From the NCBI GenBank assembly GCA_951406725.2, contig OX597823.1:11594001-11658000 (forward strand): DNA of 64,000 nt, written 5' to 3'. This stretch comes from Octopus vulgaris. Lineage: Eukaryota. Shown here in pieces: positions 51,452-64,000 of this stretch. The notes under the pieces are model-generated. The model had not been told where the DNA came from. It did no database searches and saw nothing but the letters and a program-made list of their open reading frames with translations. The first letter of the stretch is position 1; each line of letters begins with the position of its first letter. The position numbers were made by a program, and so were the translations under genes.

Positions 51452-53616
51452 TTCCGGTTTGGCAGAGAGAAGGACCAAACCCGCCGCTTCTCCTGCAGCC
51501 AACGGAGGCAAATGTCAACACTTTGAGGGATTACAACTTCCTGAATGAACCACAGACGAGCTTTTGTCAATGTCTATGTCTTCGTCTGGTCGCTGGCTAA
51601 AGCTTCCTTAATCATCACTTACATCTACCCTTCCGATGCCACTCAGTGTTGCTGTTATATTCGAAGAAGACTGGATATCTTATACAGCCTTAACTTAACT
51701 TAGTGCACTTAACACTATATATATATATATATAACCTTCTGCATGCTGAAGGAACATTATCGGTGCTCTTGTATTTGCAATGTCCCCCATTATTCTTTAA
51801 ATGGTGGTCGACATTTCTTTGCATTGTAAAGCATCATTGTAAAAGTTTATTTAATTAATTTATGTGGAAGGTGTTACTTCATGGGGAATTTGACCTAGTA
51901 ATCATGGACTAATTATCTCCTTTATATATATGCATATTTATTATTTATTCTCATTAAAGTACCCTGTGAATTTGTATTCACTACGAAATACTTCAAAATA
52001 AATCATTATGAAACGACAAAAAAAAAAAAAAAAAGAGAAGAAAAAATGGTTAGACCAATTAAGTTCTTAGTATATGTAGGTATTTGATGAATTAAGACAC
52101 ATTTGTGCACACACACACAGACACACAGACACACACACACACACACACACATATACATACACAAACAGACAAGCTGTGCATAATTTCCAGAAGGCATATC
52201 ATATCAATCATAGCTTGAAAAGTCATCATCAAAGTAGCATTGATGGAGATAATAGTCCACAATTACATAGATCAAAAGAAAAGACTAAAGAAAAAAAAAA
52301 AAAAAGTAATAATACTCATCTTTTCATTAATTTAAAAAATGTTTTCCTTTTTTTTTTCTGTGTATGTATGCATCTTGGCTTTTTACACCAATATCTCAGA
52401 ATTATGTTACAATATTTATGTTTTACAATCCAGAGTAAAAAATTTTGTAAAACTAGAATCTAGTCTTAGTTAGAACTTAGAAAATCCAAAGCAATAAATA
52501 TTTATAAAAAAAGAAAAAAAAAAAAAGAAAAAAAGAAAGATCTCATTTGGTTTTATAATCTCACATTTGAGAAGCACAATGTTAACTAGTCATATATTTT
52601 TTATTTATTTTTGCAAATTTTGTTCTACTTTAAGTTTAGTGTTTATCTTTTTGTCATCAGTATTACCATTTCTTTTTTAACTGGTAATCACAGATATCCC
52701 CATCCTCATTGAAAAGTTTTGCTAATGAGGTTAACAAAAGTAATGATTTTCTGTGGTGCTTCTATTATTTTTTTTTTCTTTTGCTTATCAGACTTCCTCC
52801 ATTCCCATCCCAATCCCTTCCCATCTCATAATCTTTCTATGGTTTGTTAATCTTGTATTTTTAATAATAGAAAGAAATCAGTTCTTGTTGGACTATTGTT
52901 GTCTCTATATATTTTTAATAAATGGAAGCTGTTAGTAATATTTATTGAAGAAAAAAGAAATTAAAGTTGTTTTGTAATATTTTATGAAATGATGTTATGA
53001 GTTTAATTTATTTGAAATTATATTATTCAATTTATATGATTAACCATTAATTAATTCGTGAGCAATAAACCAAAATTTAATACAGACCCTGCTTTATATC
53101 AATGTACAATTATTATTTAAATTCTCTCAGAACTGTTATTCTCTGATGATAACCATTTAAAATGGAGGCCAAAACATATCTTTGTGTAATGCAGATATTT
53201 GTAATTAAATAGTAAATGCAGTTGTGAGCTTTTGAAAAAAATTCATATTTCTAATTTTCTAATGCAACTTTATGTACATTTTCAACAATTTTTTATATTC
53301 AAATAAAGCAAAAAAAAAAGAAAAAAAATGTAAACAAAAACAGCAATACAAATAAACTTTCTTTTGAGTTCTGGTATGTTATCAATTTCGATTACTCCCC
53401 CCCCCCCCCCCAGCTCCTCATTCAAATTATGTGTTCACCTTTGTCCTGTACTGTGAAGATAGAGTTGGTTAAGACCAAACAAAAACATTAGAAGACGTAC
53501 AGACCTAAAGTTGAAAATATGCTTTTAATTCAAAATTGTAGTTATATATTTTGATAGATGTATGTTTGAATTTGGATATTATTATTATTAATATTATTAT
53601 TATTGTTATTGTTATT

Positions 53617-54710
53617 GGTGGTGGATTGGCAGAATTGTTAGAGTACCAGACAAAATGTTTTGTGGTATTTTTTCCAGCTCTTTGTGTTCTGAGTTCAAAT
53701 CAAACCACGGTTGACTTTGCCTTTCATCCTTTCAGGGTTGATAAAATAAGTATCAGTTGAGTACACTAGTGTCAAAGTAATTGACTTACTGCGTTCCCTA
53801 AAATTTCTGGCTTTGTGCCAATATTAGAATTATTATTACCAAGGTGGTGTGCTGGCAGAATTGTGAGTGCATTGGACAAAATGCTTCATAACATTTCTTG
53901 CAGCACTTTTCATTCTGATCACAAATCCTGCCATAGTCACCTTTGCTTTTCTTTCTTTCGGGGTCAATGAAATAAAGTACTAGTTGAACACTGAGGTCAA
54001 TGTAGTTGACTCTTCAAAATTGTTGGTAAAATTAGAAGATAGTTATTATTATTATTAAGGCAGCGAATTGGCAGAATCGTTAGCACACTGGATAAAATGC
54101 TTAGCAGTATTTCATCTGTCACTATACATTCTGAGTTCGAATTCTGCCGAGGTCGACTTTTGCCTTTCATCCTTTCGGGGGGGGTCGATAAATTAAGTAC
54201 CAGTTGTGTACTGGGGTCGATGTGGTCAACTGTCTCCCCCCCGACCAAATTTCAGGATGATTATTATTATTGTCGTTGTTGTTGTTGTAAATTGGCAGAA
54301 CCATCAGAGTGTCAAACAAAATGCCTTGTGGTATTTCTTCTGCCTTTTTACATTCTGGTTTCAAATTTCATTGAGGTCAACCGTTGGCTTTCATTTTTTG
54401 GAGTTAATAAAATAAAGTGCCAGTCAAGTACTGGACCCAATAACATTAACTAACCCACTCTCTTTAAAACTGCTGGCTTTGTGCCTAAATCAGAAACTCA
54501 TTATTATTATTACTTATTGTGATAGATTGGCAGATTCATCAATTAGAGCATCAGACAAAATATATGCAATTGATTTTGTCTCTTTACACTCTGAATTCAA
54601 TTCCCATCGTGGTCAACTTAGCCTTTCATCTTTCTGGGGTCGATAAAATAGAGTACTTGGGTCAAGTTAATCAATTAACTCAGTCCATCCCAATTTGTGG
54701 CCTTGTGCCA
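53617..54710 (+). mobile_element. Cluster of five head-to-tail family B-related SINE copies
   Basis: TGGCAGA head plus CTTT(T)CAT..GGGTCGATAAA..AAGTAC core at ~53617, 53841, 54058, 54290 and 54520, separated by (ATT)n. Confidence 0.75.
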
Positions 54711-55546
54711 CCACTACTTCTAGGAGAGAGGGGGAAAGGGAGGGAGAGAGAATAATTGCTAACACAGACAAACAAAAGAGTGTTACATTGGAAATTTTGA
54801 CCTATAATATCTAATATTGATCTACTTTTCTCAAAAGGAAAAAAAAAAATGTTTTATTTAATTATGGATTCAACCCATACATCCACTGAATTTTCTAATT
54901 GAAAAAAAAAAAAAAAAAAGATGTTCTGGACAAGTTATTTTTCTTACCTGTTTGTGATATTTTGTATCTCGTAAGGTGTCAAAAACTTTTGTCTCTGACA
55001 AAACTTCTTAACACTTAATAGTATACGAATACTAATTGAATGTGAATGTAACAAACAATTTTTCTGTTTGTAAATGGTTATCATGGACTTTTTCATGCTG
55101 TTATGTATAGTTTCATGCTGTTATATATAGTTTCAACACGTGACCTCAGTTACTTGACAAGCAAATATAATACATTCCCTTTATATATATATATATATAC
55201 ACTTGTTTAAATTTGATTTATATTTCATAATTCCTTAAATAAATACCTTTCTTCTCAGTATGGTTTAACAATTCCTTTCTTACAGTACATTATTGGGTTA
55301 CAAGTCATTCTTAATTAGCTGCCAATTAGTGTATTCACACACATTTTTACATGGGTCAGTTATTGGCAATGTTATTTATTGATTCATTGAGATACATACA
55401 TACAGCACACACATACACATGTGTGTGTGTGTGCATGTATATATGTGTATATATGTATATATGTGTGTGTGTATATATGTGCATATATATGTATATGTGT
55501 ATATATATATATATATGTATGTTTGTGTCTATTTATATGTATGTAT

Positions 55547-55591
<45 letters not shown>

Positions 55592-57420
55592 GTATGTATG
55601 TATGTATTCTGTTTGGGTTAAGGAATGAAATATCATTTGACATCATTATTTTATAGTTTTATTTAGAATTGTTATTGATCAAATCTTTCATTGTGTCACA
55701 AACTAGCACTTTTTTAAGGTGTATGATTAAGAGCTTGTTCATAATCCTCCCCTATCTTCCCCTCTCCCTCCCCCCTCTCTCTCTCTCATCTTGAGCTAAT
55801 CAAAAATGTTATTGTTTTCTATTAGTGTTGGACAAATTGGTTGTGCATTGTTATTGAAAGAAGTGGTTAAATGCTAAACTCCTATAGAAACAGTTTATTG
55901 GATTTGCAGAAAGCAATATGTTTTCTCAAATTTCAATATTTAATGAATGTAATAGTTTTTTTTTTAAATTTTTTCATAGGAGTAACCACTTAACAATTGA
56001 CTAGCCCCCTCCCTCTATTCAGAAAGGGCCACTTGCCTAGAAAAAAAGCAACAAAACCAAAAATACATTATTTAAATATCCATTAAATTGTATGGTACTT
56101 TGATAGCATTTAAGTCATCCTAAACCAGTTTACTGTTTTCACTTGAATCATGTTTGTTTCAAAAAAACACAAAAAAAAACATAGAAAAACAAAAACATAG
56201 AAAAATAAAAACAAAGAAAAAATCCATCCTTAATTTTGTAAGAATATCTTTTCTGACATTGCTTCCATTTTATCTTTTGCCAAAGATATAATTCATAATA
56301 TCTTTTTTTTATCTTTTTTTAACTATTCCTCCTTTCTCTTTTTTTTTATTTTCTTCAAATCTTGTTGGAGATATTTATAATTAATCTGGCCAATACATTC
56401 AATTTGATCTCAGTTTAACTCTGAAATTCCTGTTAAATTTTATAAACAAACTGTTTTAAATATTTTGCTTTTTATATTTCCAATAATTTCTCTAATGAGA
56501 TTGTATGTGTTGAGCAGATGGTGGGAAGTCGACTATTTCTCTTCTAAAACTGCAATATTACTTTCATTTTTTTTTTTTTAATGTAGAGTGGCAGGACTTC
56601 TATTCATTAAGCCTTCAATTAATTAATCTCTCATATATTTATTGAAGACATTACACATTATCTGCCTTCCAACTTGAAAATAAAATCAATTTTGTTCAAT
56701 AAAAAAATTATTTCTGAGACTTATGCATTTTCGCTACAGAATATAATCAATACTTTTCTGTATTTTATCTCTTTTTTTTTTAACCTACTTTTTCTCTCTC
56801 TCTCTCTCTCTCCCCCACTCCCTCAGGTTACTGGGACTTGGGGTAGGGTCCGTGATAATGTGGCATTGTTCGATCCTTATATTGAAATATTCAGGAGTTG
56901 TATTTGATTATTGTTTTGAGACAGTTGTATAAAATGTGCTTTCGCTTTCTTTAATACAAATTAAATAGATATATAACTCTGTTTGGGGAGCAATTGAACA
57001 TTTATCTATCCAAAGGAAGATTCTTGTTTTTCCCTTTTTTGAGAGACTTTAAGAAATGTTTATTAAATTAAAACAGTTTTTTTTTTCCTTGTTAATTAAA
57101 TTCTTCATATCTGCTATCCATCATTAGTTACCAGCAAAGCTTTTCTTTATTCTCTCTACCCAGCTTTAGTGTAATTGTTATTTCTTTAGTCTTTATTATA
57201 TTGTTCTATAACTTTTAAATAATGGTTAACATTCTGCAACTATTTTCCACAATTAGAATTTTTAACTATAGTCCTGTAAATCATTCAAGATTACTGTTAA
57301 GATTTCTATATATGTGTCTATATTTGTCTGTACAATGTTTGTTTTCTATATATAATATGAATGTATATCTATGTATATATGTGTGTGAGTATATAATTAT
57401 ATATACACATGTATATATGG

Positions 57421-57452
<32 letters not shown>

Positions 57453-58091
57453 GGTGTCTGTGGAGATAGGGGCAAATTTGGAAAAGTAGCCATAATATTA
57501 TGGTAATAGGGGTGGTGGTGTATATACACGTGTCAAGTATATATTTATATACATATATACATGTGTGTGTATGTATGCATATATGTATGTATATACACAT
57601 GTACATGCATATTACATAAAAAGATAAGTATCCATGTGTGTGTGTGTGTTACATCTATGTATGCTTACATGCATAAAATGTACATACATTCACATACAAT
57701 GATTTGTTTCCTTTTTCTTCCAATATTGTATTTTAGTTTATTATTTTTATTTTTTTGGTACTTCATAAATTTACATTGAAATTTTGTCAGTGGAGTCTTA
57801 CCGTTTACAATTTTCAATATGTAGCTAAACTAAAAAAACGTCATAATACAATCAATGTTAGAAATTGAATTTAGTAGCTTCAAAAATTGTTGTCTCTTGC
57901 AACTAAAATGTGTTGAATAGTTTTACAAATTTAGTATCAAATGATTTTACCTAAGCATCCTGTAAACTGCCATCTATGTGCGTAAACACACACACACACA
58001 CATTCACACATACACACGCAAGCCGATCTACACGTTTTGTGTTTGTGTGTGTACATATACAGGTACATGCACCTAAACATGTGTTTGTGTT

Positions 58092-58138
<47 letters not shown>

Positions 58139-58289
58139 GCACACACATAAACATACACCATTCACTCATGACGCACACAAGTTGTAAAATATTGTCTTTT
58201 ATCAAATTGTGTTAGAATATTCGTGAATAACATTTTGTATAATTAAAAATGCAAGCGTGGTCCTAGCAGCTTTCGAGTGTCTAAAAACA

Positions 58290-58328
<39 letters not shown>

Positions 58329-59132
58329 TATGTGTTTAATTATAAAGCAGTGGCAATTATGATGTGTTGTTTCCAATTGTTTTAGCAATGAAGTCAGACT
58401 TTAGAATATTCCAGTCTTATGATGTATATTCTAGAATTGTATTGATGTATGTTTAATAAAATTTAATTGAAATAGTCAGAAGGTTTTTCTCTTTATTTTT
58501 CTCTGTGTATGTGTGCGCGCATATCTTTCTCTGTCTTTCGTTAATTCATGTCTGTTTTGTGTGTGTGTGCATGTAATATAGTTGTCTGTTGATCATCGCT
58601 CTGTTCCTAGTTAATCTTATTTGAATAAATCCATATATAATTGAGCTGTAATAATCGTTTTTTTTTTTCATTATTGGGGGTGGAGCATAATGTATGTAAA
58701 GCTACATTGTCCACTGTGTCCGGATGTATGGTTTTTTTTTTGTTTGTTTGGTGGTGGTGGTGTTGGGGGTTTAAGACAGTAATATGTGATTTGAGGATGT
58801 TTGGTTGCTATTTCTAGCAGGTTAAAGTGACACCATAATTCTCATATTGGTTAAAACATTATGCTTGTTCATCCTCAAGAAAGATTTCAAACCTGAAATT
58901 CATAAACCTATAAATCTTTTTATAAGAGAAGGTGGTGTGCAGTGACCCTTCTCTAAAAAATTAGGGACCCTTTTAGAAGACATATTCACTTATTTTACTT
59001 TACTTCATGTATGTGTGTGTTTTCTTGATAAAAACCATTACCACTTTCCCCCTGGATTGGAGCTTCTTTAACCCTTTCTTGACTATATTTCGGAAAAAAT
59101 ATCTATACCACTTTGAAATTTTTTTAATTTAT

Positions 59133-59481
59133 GCATCTTGGGCAAGTGTCTTCTGCTATAGCCCCGGGCCGACCAATGCCTTGTGAGTGGATTTGGTAGA
59201 CGGAAACTGAAAGAAGCCTGTTGTATATATGTATATATATGTATATGTGTGTGTGTGTGTGTGTGTGTGCGTTTGTCCCCCTAGCATTGCCTGACAACCA
59301 ATGCTGGTGTGTTTACGTCCCCGTCACTTAGCGGTTCGGCAAAAGAGACCGATAGAATAAGTACTGGGCTTACAAAGAATAAGTCCCGGGGTCGATTTGC
59401 TCGACTAAAGGCGGTGCTCCAGCATGGCCGCAGTTAAATGACTGAAACAATTAAAAGATTAAAAGAGTAAAAGAGAGAGAG
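59133..59481 (+). mobile_element. SINE family A, 5'-truncated
   Basis: Starts at GCATCTTGGGCAAG. Lies inside a degenerate TTAACCCTTTC element beginning at ~59068. Confidence 0.88.
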
Positions 59482-61636
59482 TATAGTAAAATGTGTAACT
59501 TGTACATTATCACACGATGTTTGGAGTAACAAGCAATGGTTTTTACATTAACTTATGATATAATAATTTAATTTATAAACATATTGAAACTAGAGGGTTT
59601 TGTGTTATAGAACTGGAGGTGCCTTCATGTAAGGTACTAATTGTTATAATATATATGAAGCCTGACTTAGAGAATTTATAGAAAATCCTAAGTTTCAAGG
59701 ATAGAGAAAAATCCTACTGGTTTGATAGTTTGCAATCTTTGTTCTCATCCTGTCTAGTTTAAGCAATTTTTTTCCCTTATGCCTCTCATTAATGTTCCAT
59801 TAATGCATGGAATCAATATGATTTTGCATAATATTTAATTTAGCATTAATTCATTAATATTTTATTAATAACTTTACTTAATGCTGAAAATATTTCTTTT
59901 CCAGTTACCTTATAAATGTTTTTCAAGACATTGCTAATTGCCAATCTACCTAATTAATCTTCATTTAAATGCATAGTTGTTAAATTTATGATCAAAGAAT
60001 TTGGAAATACATTTTAAAGTTCACTCGCCTCATTCATTCTCTTTCTCATCATTCTACTAAAAAAGTGACAGCTTCTATTCTATAGATCTTCTATGCTTAA
60101 TTCTCTCTTGTTTATTTTGTTGTGGTGATTTTGCTAACTAGAACCATAATCAGTTTAAGCCTCCCTTCATTTTAAATAGAGGAAAGGAATTGTGACACTC
60201 CTCTACTGCCAAATACCTTCCTCATGAATTCTCTCAAGTTCACTGGAGTGGAAATAAAACTGGGTCTGTTGGGACTTCTAAAATAAGGTAGTATTGCAGA
60301 TGGAATGGGATCTGACATATTCAGAATGGAGATGGGTGTTATCTGATAGTAGGTAAACAAGCAGGTATCTTTTAGATGAAAGCTAACTTAAGTGTTATTT
60401 TTGACTTTATCTAAAGTTATCTTACAGTTTTGCAAATATTTTCTCACAGAAAATATTTGCCAACTAAATTATATTTAAATTTGAGTAGGATTTTGTTTAT
60501 CATTGAAATTAAAGCAGTGTGCAGAATGTAAATTTCAGGATGTAGACCATACAGTTAATCAGAGTACACAGCCACAATATAAAACTTGTTCCCCTACACA
60601 CACCTTATGTTAATTGTGAAGCAATACTTTGCCTGAGATGCTCTTAGAATCTTGGATTCCTGAATTATATTCCTATTCAACTTAATAGCATTATTTTATC
60701 ACAAGTTAGCTCTATGTTGGAATATTATCTAACATTATTTGTAAAGGATTTTAAGCTTTCTAGTGATATGAGGAGTCCTTTCTTGTTAAATAAACCTTTA
60801 GCTTGAAATTTTTAAATATCCTTTCTTGTTTTATTTCCTTTCAAAACCTTTCAAGTTTGTGTCTGAATTTTTGCATGTGTTTATTTAGCAACATTTAAGT
60901 TTAATTAATTATTCTCATGAATAATTCAGTTATAGTGAATGTTTAGAACCCAAAATTTGATAAAGGAATCTTTTGAATATATTTGATTTGTTTCCTGAAA
61001 GGAGGGAAAAAAATGTGGTTTGGCATATCTCTGTTCTGTTTCTAGTCTGTTTAGTGATGTTTATTAACAGTAAATCCAAATATTTAGAACCATCTAAGGG
61101 CAACCAACAACAGATGAATCCACTTTTGTCTAAGCCTGGAAGCAAGGACATTGTTTTTTACTGTCTTTGTAATAAAAGTGGTGAGGAGAGAGAGATGAGG
61201 AGATGCAGGAACTATTTAGCATAGGAGAAATCTGTTGGCTCATTTAATGAGTCCCCATACTTGCATAGGTTGGATGAAGATATATAATTGAGGTGTTGTT
61301 TTACTGCTGGATGCTTTCTCCTGTGCTAACCTCTACCTGTTTTTCAAGTAAGAGATATTTAATCCATTTGTTTTCAAAAGCACTGAGCTCCAGGACAGTT
61401 TGTTGACTGGGGTTTGTCATTGTTTTTACTTCAGGGATTTCATACAAGGACATTGAAGAAGGTGAACATTCACATGGGAATAAAAGGAGCTAATTAGACA
61501 TTTTATTGAGAGAGATGGTATTGCGTATTGCAATGAGCATGTCTGAGCATGTGGTTGTTGATGGTAATATGTAATTTCTGAACTATCTATAAATAGTTTG
61601 GTGGGTAATTGTGCTTTGAATTCTATATCAATAAAA

Positions 61637-62033
61637 GGAGTGGCTGTGTGGTAAGTAGCTTGCTTACCAACCACATGGTTCTGGGTTCAGTCCCACTGCG
61701 TGGCATCTCGGGCAAGTGTCTTCTACTATAGCCTCGGGCCGACCAAAGCCTTGTGAGTGGATTTGGTAGACGGAAACTGAAAGAAGCCCATCGTATATAT
61801 GTATATATATGTATGTGTTTGTGTGTCTGTGTTTGTCCCCCCCCCCAACATCGCTTGACAACCAATGCTGGTGTGTTTACGTCCCCCGTAACTTAGCGGT
61901 TTGGCAAAAGATACCGATAGAATAAGTCCTAGGCTTACAAAGAATAAGTCCTGGGGTTGATTTGCTTGACTAAAAGGTGGTACTCCAGCATGGCCACAGT
62001 CAAATGACTGAAACAAGTAAAAGAGAAAAGAGT
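61637..62033 (+). mobile_element. SINE family A
   Basis: GGAGTGGCTGTGTGG head to AAAAGAG tail. Confidence 0.9.
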
Positions 62034-62251
62034 AAATTAAATTGTGTGTGAGGTTAACATTGATTCATTGCTCTAAAATGTTAGTGGTTGAAACATTACC
62101 ATTTTGTTTTCTTGTACTAGGGATGTGTTAGAAGAGGTTCAATCGGTTACTGTTTACTAGACTGCAATGACTGTGAAGTTAAAGTAATACATTACTAATC
62201 ACAGTTATGCTACGACCATTGTTTTGTGTCTTAGGCTAAGGTACATTACTC

Positions 62252-62453
62252 ATGTTACCACGCTGGGCGAAATGCTCAGCGGTATTTCGTCTGTCGTTAC
62301 GTTGTGAGTTCAAATTCCGCTGAGGTCAACTTTGCCTTTCATCCTTTCGGGGTCGATAAATTAAGTACCAGTTACGCACTGGAGTCTATGTAATTGACTT
62401 AATCCCTATGTCTGTCCCCTTTATGTTTAGCCCCTTGTGGGTAATAAAGAAAT
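62252..62453 (+). mobile_element. SINE family B, 5'-truncated
   Basis: Perfect 13-bp TSD AGGTACATTACTC at 62239-62251 and 62454-62466. Confidence 0.9.
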
Positions 62454-62889
62454 AGGTACATTACTCCTTTTACATCAGATTGCCTAGCTGATAACTGAGT
62501 ATATATTTAGTAGTCAGTCCAGCTGTAAAATATCTAAACATCTGCTCTAGCTGTATGTAAATATTCAAAATTGAAGGAAGACTCCTTCTTTAACTTGACT
62601 GAGTTAGAAAGTTGAGTTAGGATACTGTGGGGAAAAGAGGAATCTGACTTTTTTGAACTGCTCTTTCCCCATCAGAAAAATTAATTTTCAAATAAAGAAA
62701 ATATATATAGGGATTTTTCAAGGATTTCATATAAAGACATGGAAGTTTTCCTTAACAAAGGTTATTCAGCCGGGTCAAAACTGATCCAGCAACCCTATGG
62801 TCATGAGTATTCCAAACTTTATCTTACTTTCTTTTATTACAATCTGTTTATTTTGGACTATATTATCTAGTGGTCTTTTTTACCCCTAA

Positions 62890-63651
62890 TTTGGCATGCT
62901 GTGTCACCACTTTGCAGGTGTCCCAGCATGCTGAACAAATCAACCCCAGTGCCCCACTCCTCCCTTTTTTAATTGAAGGTTAGTACTTATTCTATCAGTC
63001 TCTCTTTGCTGACCTACTAGATTATGGGGATATAAACAAACCAACACTGGCTCTCAAGCAGTGATGGTGGACAAACACAAGTACATGCATGCACACACAT
63101 ACACACACACTCACACATGCACATATATATATACACTGTATGCTTCTTTAAGTTTCTGTCTGCCAGATCTACTCCCAAGGCTTTTTTCAGCCCAGAAATG
63201 TAGAAGAAGACACTTGCTCAAGCTGCCATGCAGTGGGATTAAACCCAGAGCCATATGGTTGGGAAGCAGATATACTCTCTCTTTACTCTTTTACTTGCTT
63301 CAGTCATTTTGACTGCGGCCATGCTGCCTTTAGTCAAGCAAATCGACCCCGGGACTTATTCTTTGTTACTCCAGTACTTATTCTATCGGTCTCTTTTGCC
63401 GAACCGCTAAGTTACGGGGACGTAAACACACCAGCATCGGTTGTCAAGCAATGCTAGGGGGACAAACACAGACACACATACATATATACGACAGGCTTCT
63501 TTCAGTTTCCGTCTACCAAATCCACTCACAAGGCATTGGTCGGCCTGGGGCTATAGCAGAAGGCACTTGCCCAAGATGCCACGCAGTGGGACTGAACCCT
63601 GAACCATGTGGTTGGTAAGCAAGCTACTTACCACACAGCCACCCCTGGGCC
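62890..63651 (-). mobile_element. Old SINE family A copy (~62890-63270) abutting or interrupted by a young copy (63274-63651)
   Basis: Two colinear minus-strand copies of very different divergence. Confidence 0.8.
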
Positions 63652-64000
63652 TATCTTAACAATATATGCACATGTGTGTGTGTGTGTGTATAAAAGGATG
63701 CGTGGTGTTCAATCATAGAATAATATAAATATATGCATATATACATACATAAATTTACATACCTACATATATATGTATATATACATGCATAAATGGGTAC
63801 AGGACATCAAAAAACAAGACAGGATGAGAAACACACACACACAGATGTGGGAGGTAGGGCATGATTTGAGGAGGATATCACTGATTCTTCTAGCAGGTTA
63901 AATGATCACATTTTCTTATCTAGTTTACTTAGAAATAATTTGTTACGATTATAAGAACTTTTGCAGAAGACAGATCAAATTATGTAAACATGGCACCTTG

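Overview
AT-rich eukaryotic genomic DNA, very probably from an octopus (inferred from the tRNA-derived SINE families and the dense (TA)n/(TG)n/(ATT)n microsatellites). There is one convincing protein-coding exon (+ strand, 7374/7438-7752), encoding a fibronectin type III domain that resembles the first FN3 of LAR-type receptor tyrosine phosphatases and is preceded in frame by a signal-peptide-like segment. The rest looks like intron of that gene, with a strong 15-nt microexon candidate (18607-18621) and a few weaker phase-1 exon candidates. The intron is full of transposable elements: three tRNA-SINE families, RTE and CR1-like LINE remnants, two TTAA piggyBac-type MITE families, Tc1/mariner remnants, non-autonomous Helitrons and a Penelope/retrozyme-like direct-repeat element. 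Almost all ORFs in the supplied track are microsatellite or SINE artefacts. Coordinates were counted by hand, and element ends marked ~ are approximate.
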